DNA from: Psilocybe cubensis
Lineage: Eukaryota
Reading direction: 5' to 3'
Assembly (NCBI GenBank): GCA_017499595.2
Contig: CM039006.1
Coordinates: 2,728,001-2,792,000, forward strand
DNA: 64,000 nt
This document shows, piece by piece, positions 51,437-64,000 of the stretch. Each line of letters opens with the position of its first letter. The first letter of the stretch is position 1. The notes beneath the pieces were generated by a model. The model did no database searches. It saw only the letters and a program-made list of their open reading frames with translations, and was not told the origin of the DNA. Made by a program: the position numbers and the translations under genes.

Positions 51437-54068
51437 CTATGAGCGGTTGCCAGTGGGAGCCCATAGGCTAGTCAGCCATGACCGAAGGCGTGAAAAAATA
51501 CCGGATCCATGAGAAGATGGCTTATCTTGAGGGAGAGGCTGACAAGGAAGGGCGACCGTTGAATCCTGAACGCAATCCTGGGAAGGCGTGGACATGCAAA
51601 GCTTGACACTGATATTTAGAGTTGGGGTTTCCAAAGAAAAGTGTGCAGAAACAGGAGGGGAAGAAATGGCAGGGAGTGCAGGCGGGGCAATGATGGTGCT
51701 TAACTTTGCGAAGTCTTGAGGCTTAAGCCATAGTTTGGGACCTGGACCACACGGCCTTGTAGATGGTGGTGTGATAATGGTAACGTCCCATCCAGGATTG
51801 TGCAGGGCGGTATCAACGAGGGAACCAGTTTTTTCTTTGTCAACTTGAAGGTCGTGGCCGCATCGGTCTGGGGTCGTTGGCGCACTGGATGACTCCCGTC
51901 CAAACAGAAGGTCCTCGTAGCTTCCCATGCGCATGATCTCCACATCCGATACTGTATCGAAGCTGCCGTCGGAGTCATCTTCTGAGTCGTCATTGACGTC
52001 GTAGGTTGAGAAGCGTGTCCTTGCTTCCTCTGAGATATAGTTGAACTCCGGGTAAGGATCCGATTCCTCGTCTTTGTATGGAATACCAGGCTCGAAGTTG
52101 GGTGTGGTTGGCTCGTAGACGTGGCTGATCTCGCTTTGTGGCACCCAGGGAGGAGGAACCTTGCGCTCTTCCATGAGAGTCCAATTACTGTTATAACGGA
52201 TCAATAAGTAAGAAAACAACAGAGACAGAAGAACTCACATTCCAGCAAAGTAGGGGTGATTAGGCATCTCATAGGATATCATTAACCTCTTCTTCGGGTT
52301 TTTAGCTAACATCTATTGAAAAGTGTGAGTTAAGTGATAATACTTGTAAAAATATAAGAATCACCCTTTCAAGAAAGTCGATGGTGTCTTCATCGACATT
52401 ATCGTTTGGATCCCAATAAAGAGGGTCCTCCGCAATCTTACATGCAAGAGGCTTGACGTCCTCCTCTCCCTCATCCTCGTATTCTTCTTCGTAATCATAG
52501 AAGGGAGGCTGGAACGTTGTGAGAAGTCATATATGTGGGAAAATATTTCAACTCACCCTTCCTGTCAGCATCCAAAACAGAACTACCGCGGCTGACCAGA
52601 AATCTACCCCGAACGAATAGGGCTGTCGTAGGTGAACCTCTGGTGCCATCTCGAGTTCCGATCCACGATAATCCCAGGCCACGAAGAATAGTTCTTCCGG
52701 GTCTCTAGGCTCCGTCTCCGAGGTAGCGTTCTCATCTCGTAGGTAGGGCCAATAAGGCTGGTAGATACGCTCAGCAATGGTCGGCTTCTCTCCAAAATCC
52801 TTAGACAGTCCAAAGTCAGCGAGGACGATGTGACCTTCGCGATCAATCAGAATATTGGGAGACTTGATGTCACGATGGATGATTCCTCGTGAGTGCAACT
52901 CGGTCAGAGCGATGATCTACCATTTGTTTGAAATAAGTGTGATACTCTGGATATTAATGAAGAAGAGACGCACAATCTCAGCCATATAGAAGCGCGCTCT
53001 CTGTGGTTCTATGACGTTGCATCTAATCATCTCACTGTCCAAATCCGTAGGATACGCAGTCTGGAACAATTTCGAAGTTAATTTATGTAACGTGCAGAAT
53101 TAAGAGACTGACCATGGCGATATATAGATTGGTATCATCGTGCCACGATGCCCAAAGTTTAACAAACCATGGAGAATCAGAAAGCTTTTCCGAAATTTCA
53201 CGTTCCAACAGTACGATGCTGAGGGTGTAGTCATTCTTTCTGGCCTTCGAAACAACCTTGAGAGCGACCTTGGCTTTGGAAATTTGATCCTTGACATAAT
53301 AAACTTTCCCGCTTGTTCCTTCTCCAAGGTATCGGATGATCTGAAAGTCACTGGTTTTCATAACTCTCGGCTCATGGGTGATAGTAGCTGGGACCAATGC
53401 CTTTGACTCTGACTGGGTAATGGCCGGAACAGGCGTTTGAGCAGTTGAATCCAAAGACGAGGTAAGGAGAGTCAACGCAGGAATCTCGTATATAGTCTGG
53501 GTGCGGCGACAGCGAGGCCGGAGGATGTCGACGATGTTCTAAATGTCATAAAATGTCATGAGCATGTTGCCTGTTAATTGCTTTTTAGGAATATATTAAC
53601 ACTAACGGGAATAGGCGTTTCTGCGAAGACGGAAATGACGAGGGGATTTAAATTGTAACGTTGATGCCTCCGGGCGTCGAGGATAGAGGGATCATGAAGG
53701 GCCTCGAATATTTCTTGAAGTCCTTTCAGGACTTCTGCATCCTAAAATAATGCAAGGTTACGATCAGACGTCATTCGTTCTTCAAGAATTTGAGTGCCTA
53801 CAATGATGGCAGTGATATTTATGACATGTTGGGAATGGGGGGGCCGGTCGAAAGCTTGGAGAGCGGTTGAGGTTTCATTGACCTTGATGTACAGATAAGA
53901 AACCATTAGTAATATAATTTATCAAAGCAGAGTCAACTTACAGTCCCAATCTCCGTTCCTTTAACAAAGAGACCTGAGATGGATGCCCGAAACTTACTGA
54001 GAGGTCGTGCTCGTGGCATACGGGTCTCCACATCCGTTGTGCGAGTGTGGTGTTTGGCGCTGATACAT
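51437..54068 (-). CDS. Ser/Thr protein kinase (AGC-like), multi-exon
   Basis: [36 protein letters not shown]; long disordered C-terminal exon; start codon approximate. Confidence 0.88.
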
Positions 54069-56336
54069 GATCGAAACATTTTTATATAACCTCGAGGCAG
54101 TGGATGCTAAAGCAAGCGTCAAAGCAAGAAAGTAGTAGAGCAACTTCGTCTGGTTGTTGCTGAAGAGAACGCGTCGCATGCGGCGATTTATGGAGAACCC
54201 ATTGGGCTCAGGCCTGGCTGGCGGGCTTGGTTAGATTTGGTGGTGTTCTCGGTACGCCGCTGGAGAGGCTGGCGGTAACGCCAAAGACGATAATGGTCAG
54301 CCCCTTCGTCAGGCGGTATTGAAGACACTTGCCCGCCTCCATAACTCGGGTCAGCCCCTCTTCACAGGTCGTCATTCTTGTAGTCCGAAATTAGCGTAGG
54401 TTGAGGTTCTGCTATCTGTCAGACTGATTTAAAGTTGGCAGTCTGATGAGGAGCTTTAGTCGGATTCGAAAATGGGGTTATGGCTTTGATATGAAAATGG
54501 AAGACGCAAAATAAGAAACACGATCCTTCCTATTTGCGGTTTTATGTCATGTGTAATCACCTGCGACCACAACCTATGCTAGTCATCGTAATAGATGGTA
54601 AAGGAGCGGTACCTATGAAGGGAAAATGTAGTTGCATCAATTGACTGAAAAATCACCAGGTAATCGCTCAAAAAGCTGACCAGAAAGCATGTTCAGCTTT
54701 TTGTGCCAAATTTCCGGGCAGATTAGACTGGCAGAAATTTTTCAATGACTTGGTTAGCCCACGAGGTGTTAGCGGGGAATTGGGAGTTCGTGGGTGGTTT
54801 TGTGCAATTAGGGGAGATGTATTGGGATGCATAGCGATTTATCCCCTCAGTCCATCTGGAACTTACGTCGACACAAAACTGTGGATCAAATGGCTTTTTA
54901 ACAGCATGATCAAAAAGCAAAAACGATGGCGTACCTGCCAGTGATATTGGCTATAACTATAACTTTACCCAACACTTGGGCAGTGTACGAAGTGAGAAAA
55001 GTATGGTTATCTGCCATGTCAACATAAATTCATGAGGAGAGATCCTAAATACAACTGGTATCGCATTCATAATTTAATAGAAAGTTTCAATGATGTTAGA
55101 TTTTGCCAATGCGTACCGATGTATTTTCCCCTACTAATCAGTTATACGCGGATAGTAATGCCAGGTGTTAATCTTTCCCTAATGATACCAGGCAACATTT
55201 ATTCGCTGTTAGGGAACAAGTACAAGTTGTAGAAATGAACTTGGAAGAAAACGTCAACGTTCCGTTGTTGTTCTATATTTTCTCCCGGTGCTGTCGCTCG
55301 CTTGCGCAAATAGTTCGGACGTATTAAAGCGGACTTTGTGCGAGTTTGTTCATTGTTCGTTGTTAATTCCTCCCAATAAGTCCTCAAGTTCAACTTGTTC
55401 TACTATTATGGTTGCTCAGGTCCATTAGTTGCTCAAAGTTGTAAGTTTTTTCTGCAGTTATACACGATTCAGGGTATGAGAGGTGATGAAACGCACTGGG
55501 CTCTGACAATGTTGATGCCACGCACTACGCTCGACGAGCGGCGGCCTAGAAAACCGTTAACTGACTATACATACCCCGCTTCATACCTAATACACCTGTT
55601 TATTGATTGCTAACAAAGATTACCCAACAAATACACAGATTTCTGGCCGTCTCACTACGATCGGCGTTAAGGAGAGCTTTCCTCTGGGAGTTGAAACGAA
55701 GGGAAGGGAGGGGAAGGGAGGGGGAGGGAGGAAGGAAAACTGGCGCACTGGTATCGTTTTTACCAACATCTGTTTATATTTTGTACTGTATATATAACAT
55801 TTGTAGGACCTGTACTTCTGTAAATATTCATGTAGGACGATAGTCTGAGGAGAATGTTATGGTTTTCACCTCAGGTCATCTAGTTCCAACATTCATGCTG
55901 TCGTAGTGCATCAGCGTGTCAAAGGCAATTGAACACATAGAGCTTACCTCGACACACCATTACAACGTCGATCCAAGACCAAGTTCCCCCAGATTGGGCT
56001 ACCGGACCTGGGTGGCTGGGTTGTTTTGTACAGAAATATGGACAACGAATCAGGTGAGCTCCATGATAGTAGTTGCACTGGCCGATCGAATGCGTAATCT
56101 ATCTTTCCGTGTGCCGGAGTACAGATATATGTAGCAAGAAATGTGGCCGATCGAATGCGTAAGCCATTTCTATTGTGAGAGAGTACCCAAGCAGCTACAT
56201 AGGCTATCTTTGCTCGTGCAAAGATTGCCATTTGTCATCGAAGATGTGATTTTAGGCTCCAACGACTGCCTTTGTCTGAGTATAAGTATTCGCAAAAACG
56301 CATCTCCTCAGCAGTATTTTATCCCCCACTTGCGAG

Positions 56337-57159
56337 ATGTCAAAGGTTATACTGGTAACCGGTGCGTTTGATCTATCCTGCTTCATGGCAAAATTTTGAT
56401 ACCGCAGCTTCAGGGAGTAACTCGAGCATAGGGTTTGAGTTGGTTCGCATTCTTGCCGAAAAGGGCCATACCGTATACTTGAGTGCCAGGAATGAAGAGG
56501 CTGGCTTGGAGGCTCAGTGCGTCTGCTAATAATGTCGTAGTATGTCAACTGACGCAACATACAGAAAGATACTTCATGCAAAGGGACTAACCAATGTCAA
56601 GTTTGTATTGTTGGATATTCGAGACACCGCGTCGATCGAGCGTGCAAAAAATACGATCGAAGAGGCCGAAGGCAGGCTGGACGCACTTGTAAACAACGCT
56701 GCAATATCCAGAAACGACACACTTCGGCGCGCATCCGAGCTCGACATTGCCGTCTTTAAAGACATAATGGAGACAAATTTTGTAGGTCTGGTCCAAACAA
56801 CAACGGCATTTGTCCCTCTCTTGCGCAAATCGTCGGATCCCAGCATCGTGAACGTGTCTAGTGGGCTGGGGTCTTCAACGTACCAAACCCGCAGGGGACA
56901 ACCGACACTGTTCACTGCTTATGCGGTCAGCAAGGCAGCTGTCAACTCGTACACGGTCAATCTATCTCAAGATTTAGAGAAGGAAGGCTTCAAGGTCAAC
57001 GCCGTCTGCCCCGGCCTTGTATCTTCAAGATTGAATAATTTCATCGAGGGTGGCAAGTCATTGGAAGCGGGAGCGCAGGCAATAGAGCCATTTGTTCTCT
57101 TGGACAAAGACGGGCCAACCGGCAAGTTCTACAGTCAAGGAGTAGAGATGGAATGGTAG
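56337..57159 (+). CDS. Short-chain dehydrogenase/reductase (carbonyl reductase-like)
   Basis: MSKVILVTG|SNSSIG, LVNNAA, VNVSS, YAVSK (YxxxK), VNAVCPG. Confidence 0.92.
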
Positions 57160-57885
57160 AGTACGAGGGCCAGGAAGAGGACAAATGATTCATTTACAAA
57201 ATAAGTAAAGCTTGTTCAAATAGCAATATGACATTTGTTTTGTTGCACGGTGGTATTTTCCAAGTTATACAACTTTGAAGTTGTTGCGTCTGGAAAGATG
57301 CCGGCAAAGAGTAAGGACGTTATTCTACCTGACGCTCTGCTCAATAAAGAGGACAAATATAAAAAGTTCTCAATGATGCAGGGGTGAAAATTGCATGATA
57401 GTTTTGAAATCTTTTCTAATGCTCCTTGTCCAATGTCACTCTTGAATACAATCTGAGTCTCTCCGTTTGCTCTCCATTTAAGTCCAATGAGATATTTAGT
57501 TCCGTCCACGTGATAGCTACGCGCGTCTATTTTTGTCTCAGACGCGATAGTATTTTCGATCAAACATGTTGATACCGCGACTACATTAGATTGCTAAGTA
57601 AGCGTCAGCATCTCTATTCGACTGAGCCAGAAATATTGATCTGAAATTGTTCAAAAAATGGTGTCCATTTTCCAATGGATCACAATAGGTAACAACGGCG
57701 AAATGCCAAATCAAATTCGGCTTAATCACTGATCCTTTGGGGTATATCGTAATTTCCAAATACATTCTATATATAAAGGCTCGTTTTTTATAAGAGTTGC
57801 GTTGCCCTAATACCCGGTGCTTTCAAGAGTGGTTCTATTTCAAGGTTGGGCGGGGAATGGGGTACTGGCTTTGGTAAACACTGTC

Positions 57886-57973
57886 GTCGGTATCGATTAG
57901 GGGTTAAATCACCTCGTTGTGGTCTGATATGTTCAACCCCGAGGAGCCGTTGGTTCGATTCCAGCTACCGACA
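57886..57973 (+). tRNA. tRNA-His (GUG) with 16-nt intron (57923-57938)
   Basis: Acceptor GTCGGTA/TACCGAC, D-arm GATT/AATC, anticodon stem CCTCG/CGAGG with TT-GTG-G loop, T-arm GTTGG-TTCGATT-CCAGC. Confidence 0.9.
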
Positions 57974-60317
57974 TAATATTTTGCATTCTATTCTTTTGCT
58001 TCAACTGACTTCGATCTGAACGGCGACGGTAGACAGTAATCGCCAGACCGCAGAACTATGAGGGTTCTTCAATGAATTGGAATTGATGAGTAACACATAA
58101 GCAGAACGGTCAATTCTTGTGATGCTGGAAGCAATTTTCTACTACTCGGATGCACTTAGACTTGACGGTGAAGTTGTATGACTTTATCCCCTGCTACTTA
58201 TTCTGGTGTTCTTCTGAAAAAAAATGGCTACTATATGTCTCCAAAACAGCATTGATGTTGGGATCTTGATTTGCACGAGCGGAATGAGATTGGTTTGAGA
58301 AAGTTTCTACTGAGGTAAGGCCTACTTCTGAAATCAAAGCTGATTCTCTAGTATCGGTTTCACTATCGTCTTTCGTCGTTTGCGACCTCCACGACCAAGA
58401 ATAAACGTTCGAGTTTTGCGCTTGAGACCTATTGGGGCACCCTCATAAGAATTCACCATGTCTTATGGATCAGTACCATGTTGCGATTGACTTTCGGAGT
58501 TCGGATTCCATGTCGTATAAACGGACGAGTGAGCGTCAATGGAGTGAGCTATATAGTCGATGGTTATGCAGGTACAGGTAGACGAGTTTCTTTATGTACC
58601 TGTCAGGAAACATGAAAGTCGTGAATATCATTCTCACACAATTTTGATATATTACAACAGAGCATCGGAGGGCATCGTCATCATCTCAATTTAAATGCTC
58701 AGAGATTTTCGAGTGAGTTTAGTAAATTAATGCCAATTCATGCATATGAGGGAGGTCAGGAGAAAGTTGCTGAGCTCTGTGTGAGCCATTATTCGGATAG
58801 ATATGAGCATACCTGTTGTAATGATATATCCTGAGTTCTTGGGTGAGTGACACTGCGCCCTGGCCAGTAGCGCCAACAATACTGGCTCAGGCAATACATA
58901 TTCCGAACCTTTTATAAATCTTCGACTGTCGACTCATTCTGTTCAAGAGTTTCCGAGTAACTCAATACGAGAAATCCCGGGACTCGGGATGCTGAGCGAA
59001 CCTTTCAATCCCATGCATTCAAATACGTTATCTCGCCGTGAAACAGGTCATAGAAAAGTGCAAAAGGCAGATGCCGGAGAATTCAAACCACTGTAAATGC
59101 TACCTACGTGAGCGCCCCAACCCAAGATATAACGAAGATTATGAGCCTAAGTACACGCGTTCGAGGGATGCACTGTTGTAATCTTCCTACAGCTGGGAAG
59201 CGCTTAGCGTGCAAGGTGAGTCGGTCTGAGAATAAGCCAGAAACGGGGGTTCTGTATCCCAGATATTAAGCTATACCACGTAAAAGTGTAATGTGAAGGT
59301 GACTGTACGTCTGCAGGGAAGAATAGAAAGGTCGGTAGAACAAAGAACGATTAATTTGCTATGCCAGTACCTGGCATGCTCTAGGTAGAATCTTGCCGCA
59401 TCACAAACGTCGGCAGGTCTCGCTGGTAAGTTCACACGGGGTGCCATTTTCGCACGGGGTGACGATCAAAACACTGGTGGATCACGTGTGCTTAAGCATT
59501 TTGGGTCCCCACCAGTACAAAGGGGAGCAAGCTCCCCAATGATACATATCTTAGCTGGTGACAAAGTTGGTGAATCTAACTATGGTAAGGACGAAGGGGG
59601 GCATCCTGGTAATCCATTAGAGAACTGAAACAGGAACGGTCAGAGTGTCGTTTTACAATGTATCTGTTCATAAAAATTCAATAATCCAACTCTCGTTAAT
59701 TATTAATATTGAACAAAGGGAACATTACTCGTGGGCCAGTCATTGATCAGGGTGAGTGTCAAGGGACAATGGCGGTTCAGCAACGTTGCAATGGATCTTG
59801 GAAAATTAGATCATTGTTCCCCTACTACATTGGAATTGACGCAGAAGTGGAGGTACGTAAGATATCAAATTTACGAAAGGTGTCTCCTGCAGAAGTGTTT
59901 GAGGAATGAGGTTGGTAAGCTCCGAGCGATGAACGGCAATTGACAACAGCAAGAAACACCTTAATTCAAGTTAAGGATTAGTTACCCTCCGGGTTCAAAA
60001 CGCGCTCACCATTTATGGAATTTGGTATTGGTTGTCGACTGTAAAGCCAGTCTATCCGAATTCCGAATGCACACATCATGACGGTGAAGCTGTGGATTTC
60101 GGGCACTGCGTTCGTCAGTCTCGTTTCAGGTTGTCCTCTGATAGGCGAAAAACATGGGGCGAAATTCAGACGGCGGCGCTTACATACGCTCCAGATTCAA
60201 GGTCCACTCCACAAACCTTGATCAGTGATCAAAGCCTCAGGTATTCACACTGCCTTAGCAAAACCAAATTTACTTCATTAAACCTCTACAACATAACGAC
60301 GCAATAACTTTCGGCTC

Positions 60318-60915
60318 CTAGTAGCGCTGGACACCAAAGCTCTGCTCCTCGAGCTCGAGCTCCCGGGACTCTTGAACAAGTTGGCAGGGAGAGCAAAAGA
60401 AGGATGTGCAGCAGTCGTTGCATCCTCCGCCCTTGATGTTGTAGCGGGTGCGGACGTGACCACGGTTGCCCATCTATTTTGCATGTCAGCAAAAAGTTAT
60501 CAAGTACAACTTCAGGAACTTACTTGGAACAGGAAGCCGAGACCGCAAATGGAGAAGATACCGTGCGACATGCATGAACCCGAAAAGCAGGATCCACCGC
60601 GTTCAGGGTGGGGTGTGCCCTTGTTGGCCAGGTGCTCATAGCGGTGTTTGTTCTTGCCATAGACAACACAAGGGAAGCAGGTTGCCACAACACCTAGGTA
60701 AATAGACAGTCAGAATTGTTGGCACTTTCTAAATACCGATATATCAAAGGAGACTTACATGTTCCGCATTCGCTGAAGCACGAGCAAAGGCCATGACTCC
60801 ATTCTCTGCCGTCAGCATCGACGGGCATGTTCTTCGCGTTTCTGTTTCCTCCTCCTCCTGGAGCAACGACCATTCCAGAGGTAGCGGCAGGTTGTTGTTG
60901 ATAACTGCGAGACAT
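60318..60915 (-). CDS. PLAC8-family Cys-rich protein (paralogue of 38102-38701)
   Basis: REWSHGLCSCFSECGT, CFPCVVYG, VRTRYNIKGG...DCCTSFFCSPCQLVQESRELELEE. Confidence 0.9.
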
Positions 60916-62694
60916 TATAAAAGATTGAAAAAGGTGCAGGAGGTTGTGTTGGTTAAAATTTGATCAGGAACTCGCCCAGCGAAGTTCTTTCAACGACTGT
61001 TGAGTGAAGTAAAGGGTTTGGTAGGATGGGTGGAACTCGCACAGCAAGATGTCGAAGGAAAACCGAGGTCCAGGGTGACGTGGATTATATACTCCCAAGA
61101 ATATCTCCATATGTCAACAATTTGTCAGCGATGAGGCAGGACGGAGCTATGAAAAAGGAAGTTTCATCAATCCATCAAATATAAGTGCACTGCCCCGAGG
61201 CTGATCGTCGTCGGTTGCCTCGAACAGGCGATCGCGATGCGAGCCTGTTTTGCAGGCGAGTTCCCTGCTTTTATAGCTATTTTCATATCGATAGACCTAT
61301 TCCCTAAATTTACACATACACGGACAACGAATTTTATTAAGCGGAACATAAAATTTGAAGACGGCAAAATCACGGAAACTCGCAAAATCGTCAATGAGTA
61401 TTTACAAAAAGTTGAGCTATGAGAACGAATGTCGATACCACCACATTATCAGCACGCCTAAAGCCATTCCCTTCTCAAACTGAAAGGCATGTCGACGCTT
61501 TGCTGCCAGATCGTACCATAGTTTGACATAAACTCAACATCGGAGCATTCCTTATGTAACTCGGTTACGCAAAAATTCAAGGCCGACTGTATGAAAATAT
61601 TTTGAGGTTGGGCCTATCGATATGAAAATAGCTGTAACAACACGTATATTTTTCATAGTCTGTGTCTTATCACGGAAAAAGCAGTGTTTCCTAGTAAACC
61701 CCATTGGAGGTCTTCTCATGTTTCTGAGACTCAGAGCTTAGCTTTTCCAATTTACCCTGATAATCGCATTTAATGTATATAGGAAAGCATAGATGATTTG
61801 TATAATGTAAATCCTGCAGCTCAATGTTGGATAAAGTTGTTGAATGGTATGATTGGTAATTAAGTAAAGCCAGTAGACTCTCAAAGCTATATAGAGAAGC
61901 TCACCAAGTACTGAAGGACCTTAGTCAAAACTTCATGCCAGTAATACTAATACCTGTCATGGTGTAAATACTTGCTACCAGATGACTGCAACCTTATGGT
62001 AATAAATTACTACCAGTGCTTCATTTCCTGAAAGATTGTTTTGCACCTTAGTATAGATGCAAGTATATATGAAGGGTTTGCTGGGTCCGTCCAGTCAAAC
62101 GGAGATTAATGCACGGTTTAGGTCCTGTTATAGCTATGTAACTGACGACGCGTTTTGCGGTCATGCACTGCACGTGCTGTTGCGCCTACGCAGAGTTCCG
62201 CAGGTAAACAGGGGCAAATTGCTCCGCCACGGCCTGGGTCAGCTGGATGTCTCTTCGTGATCATCATTTTGACAGTTTCTCCTTTCCCGACCCACCCAGA
62301 TCAACTTCCTTCAGTTTTCTCAAGCCTTATATCTATAATAACGTTGACTTGCTATAGCAGTATTCCAACCACCGTGTTGAATGTGACCTTGATGAGCATT
62401 AATGCCTCACGTTTGATTCCGTTTTACGGCCTGAAATAGTGGGAAGGATGAGACGGAAAGGGCGTTTATAATGCTATACTCTGAAGTCTAACATTCTCGA
62501 TCGGATCTTACCCCACACTCGCCCCGCATTCGAGGCTCACCCTGAAGTCTCTTTCTTTCCCACTTATATAAAGCTCGCCGGCACCTCCCACCTCCCCTAT
62601 CCTTCTTTCCTTCAGGAAGTCCAAGAGGTTCACTGTCTCCTCATTTTTCGCCCTTTTCAACCTACTTTTCGCTTTATTTTCCTTTCATACCACA

Positions 62695-63188
62695 ATGGCT
62701 GCAGTTGACACCGCAACCCCAGCTACGATTGAGATTAACGACGCCATCTTCTGCACTCATTTGAAAGAAGTCGTAAGTAATATTCCACAGTCATGTCTAT
62801 GGATCTCTAAGAGATCGCTGAGCATCGAACGCCAAACTGATCCCCCTTTCCCTACCCAGTGTGAAGAATGCAACTTTGATGGCAGAGAGGAGAACGATTC
62901 GTTCTTCGGGGTACGTATCTATTGTGTCGCGTGATAAAGCCGCCGACCATTAATATCGTCGCTGTAGTTCGACACCATTGATCGCGAAGGCCTCGAGTGC
63001 CCTCCAGCCACCCAGACCAAGGACGGCACTTACCAGTGCAAGAAGCATGGATCTACCTGTACGTCGTAACTGTCGAATCTGTTTACTTGCCGTCTTAGCG
63101 ATCGACAATAGCCTGCAGCCAGTGCTACGGCTGGAAGAAACAAATTACCAGAGCCCGTACCCAGGCTAAGAAAGCCGGGAAGAAGTAA
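62695..63188 (+). CDS. Small Cys/His-rich hypothetical fungal protein (4 exons)
   Basis: Splices to MAAVD...FCTHLKEVCEECNFDGREENDSFFGFD...CKKHGSTSCSQCYGWKKQI...KKAGKK*. Confidence 0.75.
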
Positions 63189-64000
63189 CCGAATGTTAAC
63201 ATGCAAATTGAATACGTCTAGAAGAGTGGAATATATGGACATTGCATGTACATGTACCCTCATTTCCCTTTCTGGCTCAAAGCACGTAGAAGTTGTAAAC
63301 CATGAACGCTGAATTGTAATTGTGATTGCCCTCGGAAAGGCTATAATCCCAGCGCATGATAACACGATCTCCGTCGGATCACTGACAACGTCAAGGTACG
63401 GTATCAATGTGTGAAAATCAAACGAGGGTTAGCTGGTGTTAGTTCTCTTCAAGCACGCCGTTCATTTTACTCACCGGTTCACTTTGTGTCGGTTATAAAT
63501 ATGTACGATATAGACGTGAATGTCATATTTGAATTCTGTATTCCGTTTCCAGGAGATCTTTCACAGTATTCTGGCGGTACAAAGAGCACACAAACGAATC
63601 ATGGCGCGACGAGCGACAAGCCATGTACTATCCTACTTCTTGTCCATTAATACGATTGCTATGTTTGTAGTAAAACAGCCAATACTTCCAAGGCTAACTA
63701 AGTCATGAATGCCTTGCCAAGTTCTGCCTTTCTCCCACATCGGTCGAATCTCGGATGGAAAGGTGTGGTGATGCCGCTCATGAGGAACATCTCTAGCTTG
63801 AGCTATTCCAGTCAGTCGTTAATATGTTATTTCACCCGTTATCTGGTTTGAGTACTGCGTGTAGATTAGTCCATCGCTATCGTATCAGGTAGCCACTGTC
63901 GGATGGCTATATTTTAATGGCCAGGAAATTTCTTTATGTTGACCACCCTATTGAGCCCGGTATCCTACTCAAGGTAAGCGCCCAACACTTAATGACCGTT

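Noticed and set aside
56079-56162. 19-bp direct repeat TGGCCGATCGAATGCGTAA upstream of the SDR gene
   Set aside because: Only two copies and no other structure; a regulatory role cannot be supported from sequence.
58000-60250. Gene-poor stretch after the tRNA
   Set aside because: No ORF with recognisable motifs and no terminal repeats found by eye.

Overview
Intron-rich fungal DNA, consistent with an agaricomycete (basidiomycete mushroom) genome. Ordinary host genes: two CYP5144-like P450s, an MFS anion:cation symporter, F-box/LRR-like proteins, a DUF5648-like secreted protein, two PLAC8 genes, a secreted aldose 1-epimerase, a DUF6533-like membrane protein, eIF3g, a Ser/Thr kinase, an SDR, an intron-containing tRNA-His and two small MITEs. 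The standout is a nested mobile structure at 6454-26146. A ~1.1 kb non-autonomous TIR element (142-bp TIRs, TTA target duplication) has its right TIR split in two by an ~18.6 kb Helitron2/HLE2-type rolling-circle element (~7451-26053), so both Helitron ends can be placed to within ~3 bp. The Helitron has 10-bp asymmetric inverted repeats and a terminal GCGAAGC hairpin. It encodes an apparently intact DUF6570-Rep(HUH/Y2)-PIF1 transposase and a mostly divergently oriented ~11.5 kb cargo. The cargo holds six paralogues of a nucleotidyltransferase-fold-like family (two with F-box-like N-termini; only one keeps the GS...DxD motif) and two paralogues of a beta-rich, possibly OB-fold/ssDNA-binding family. 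Family names come from motif recognition only; no database searches were run, and exon boundaries are approximate.
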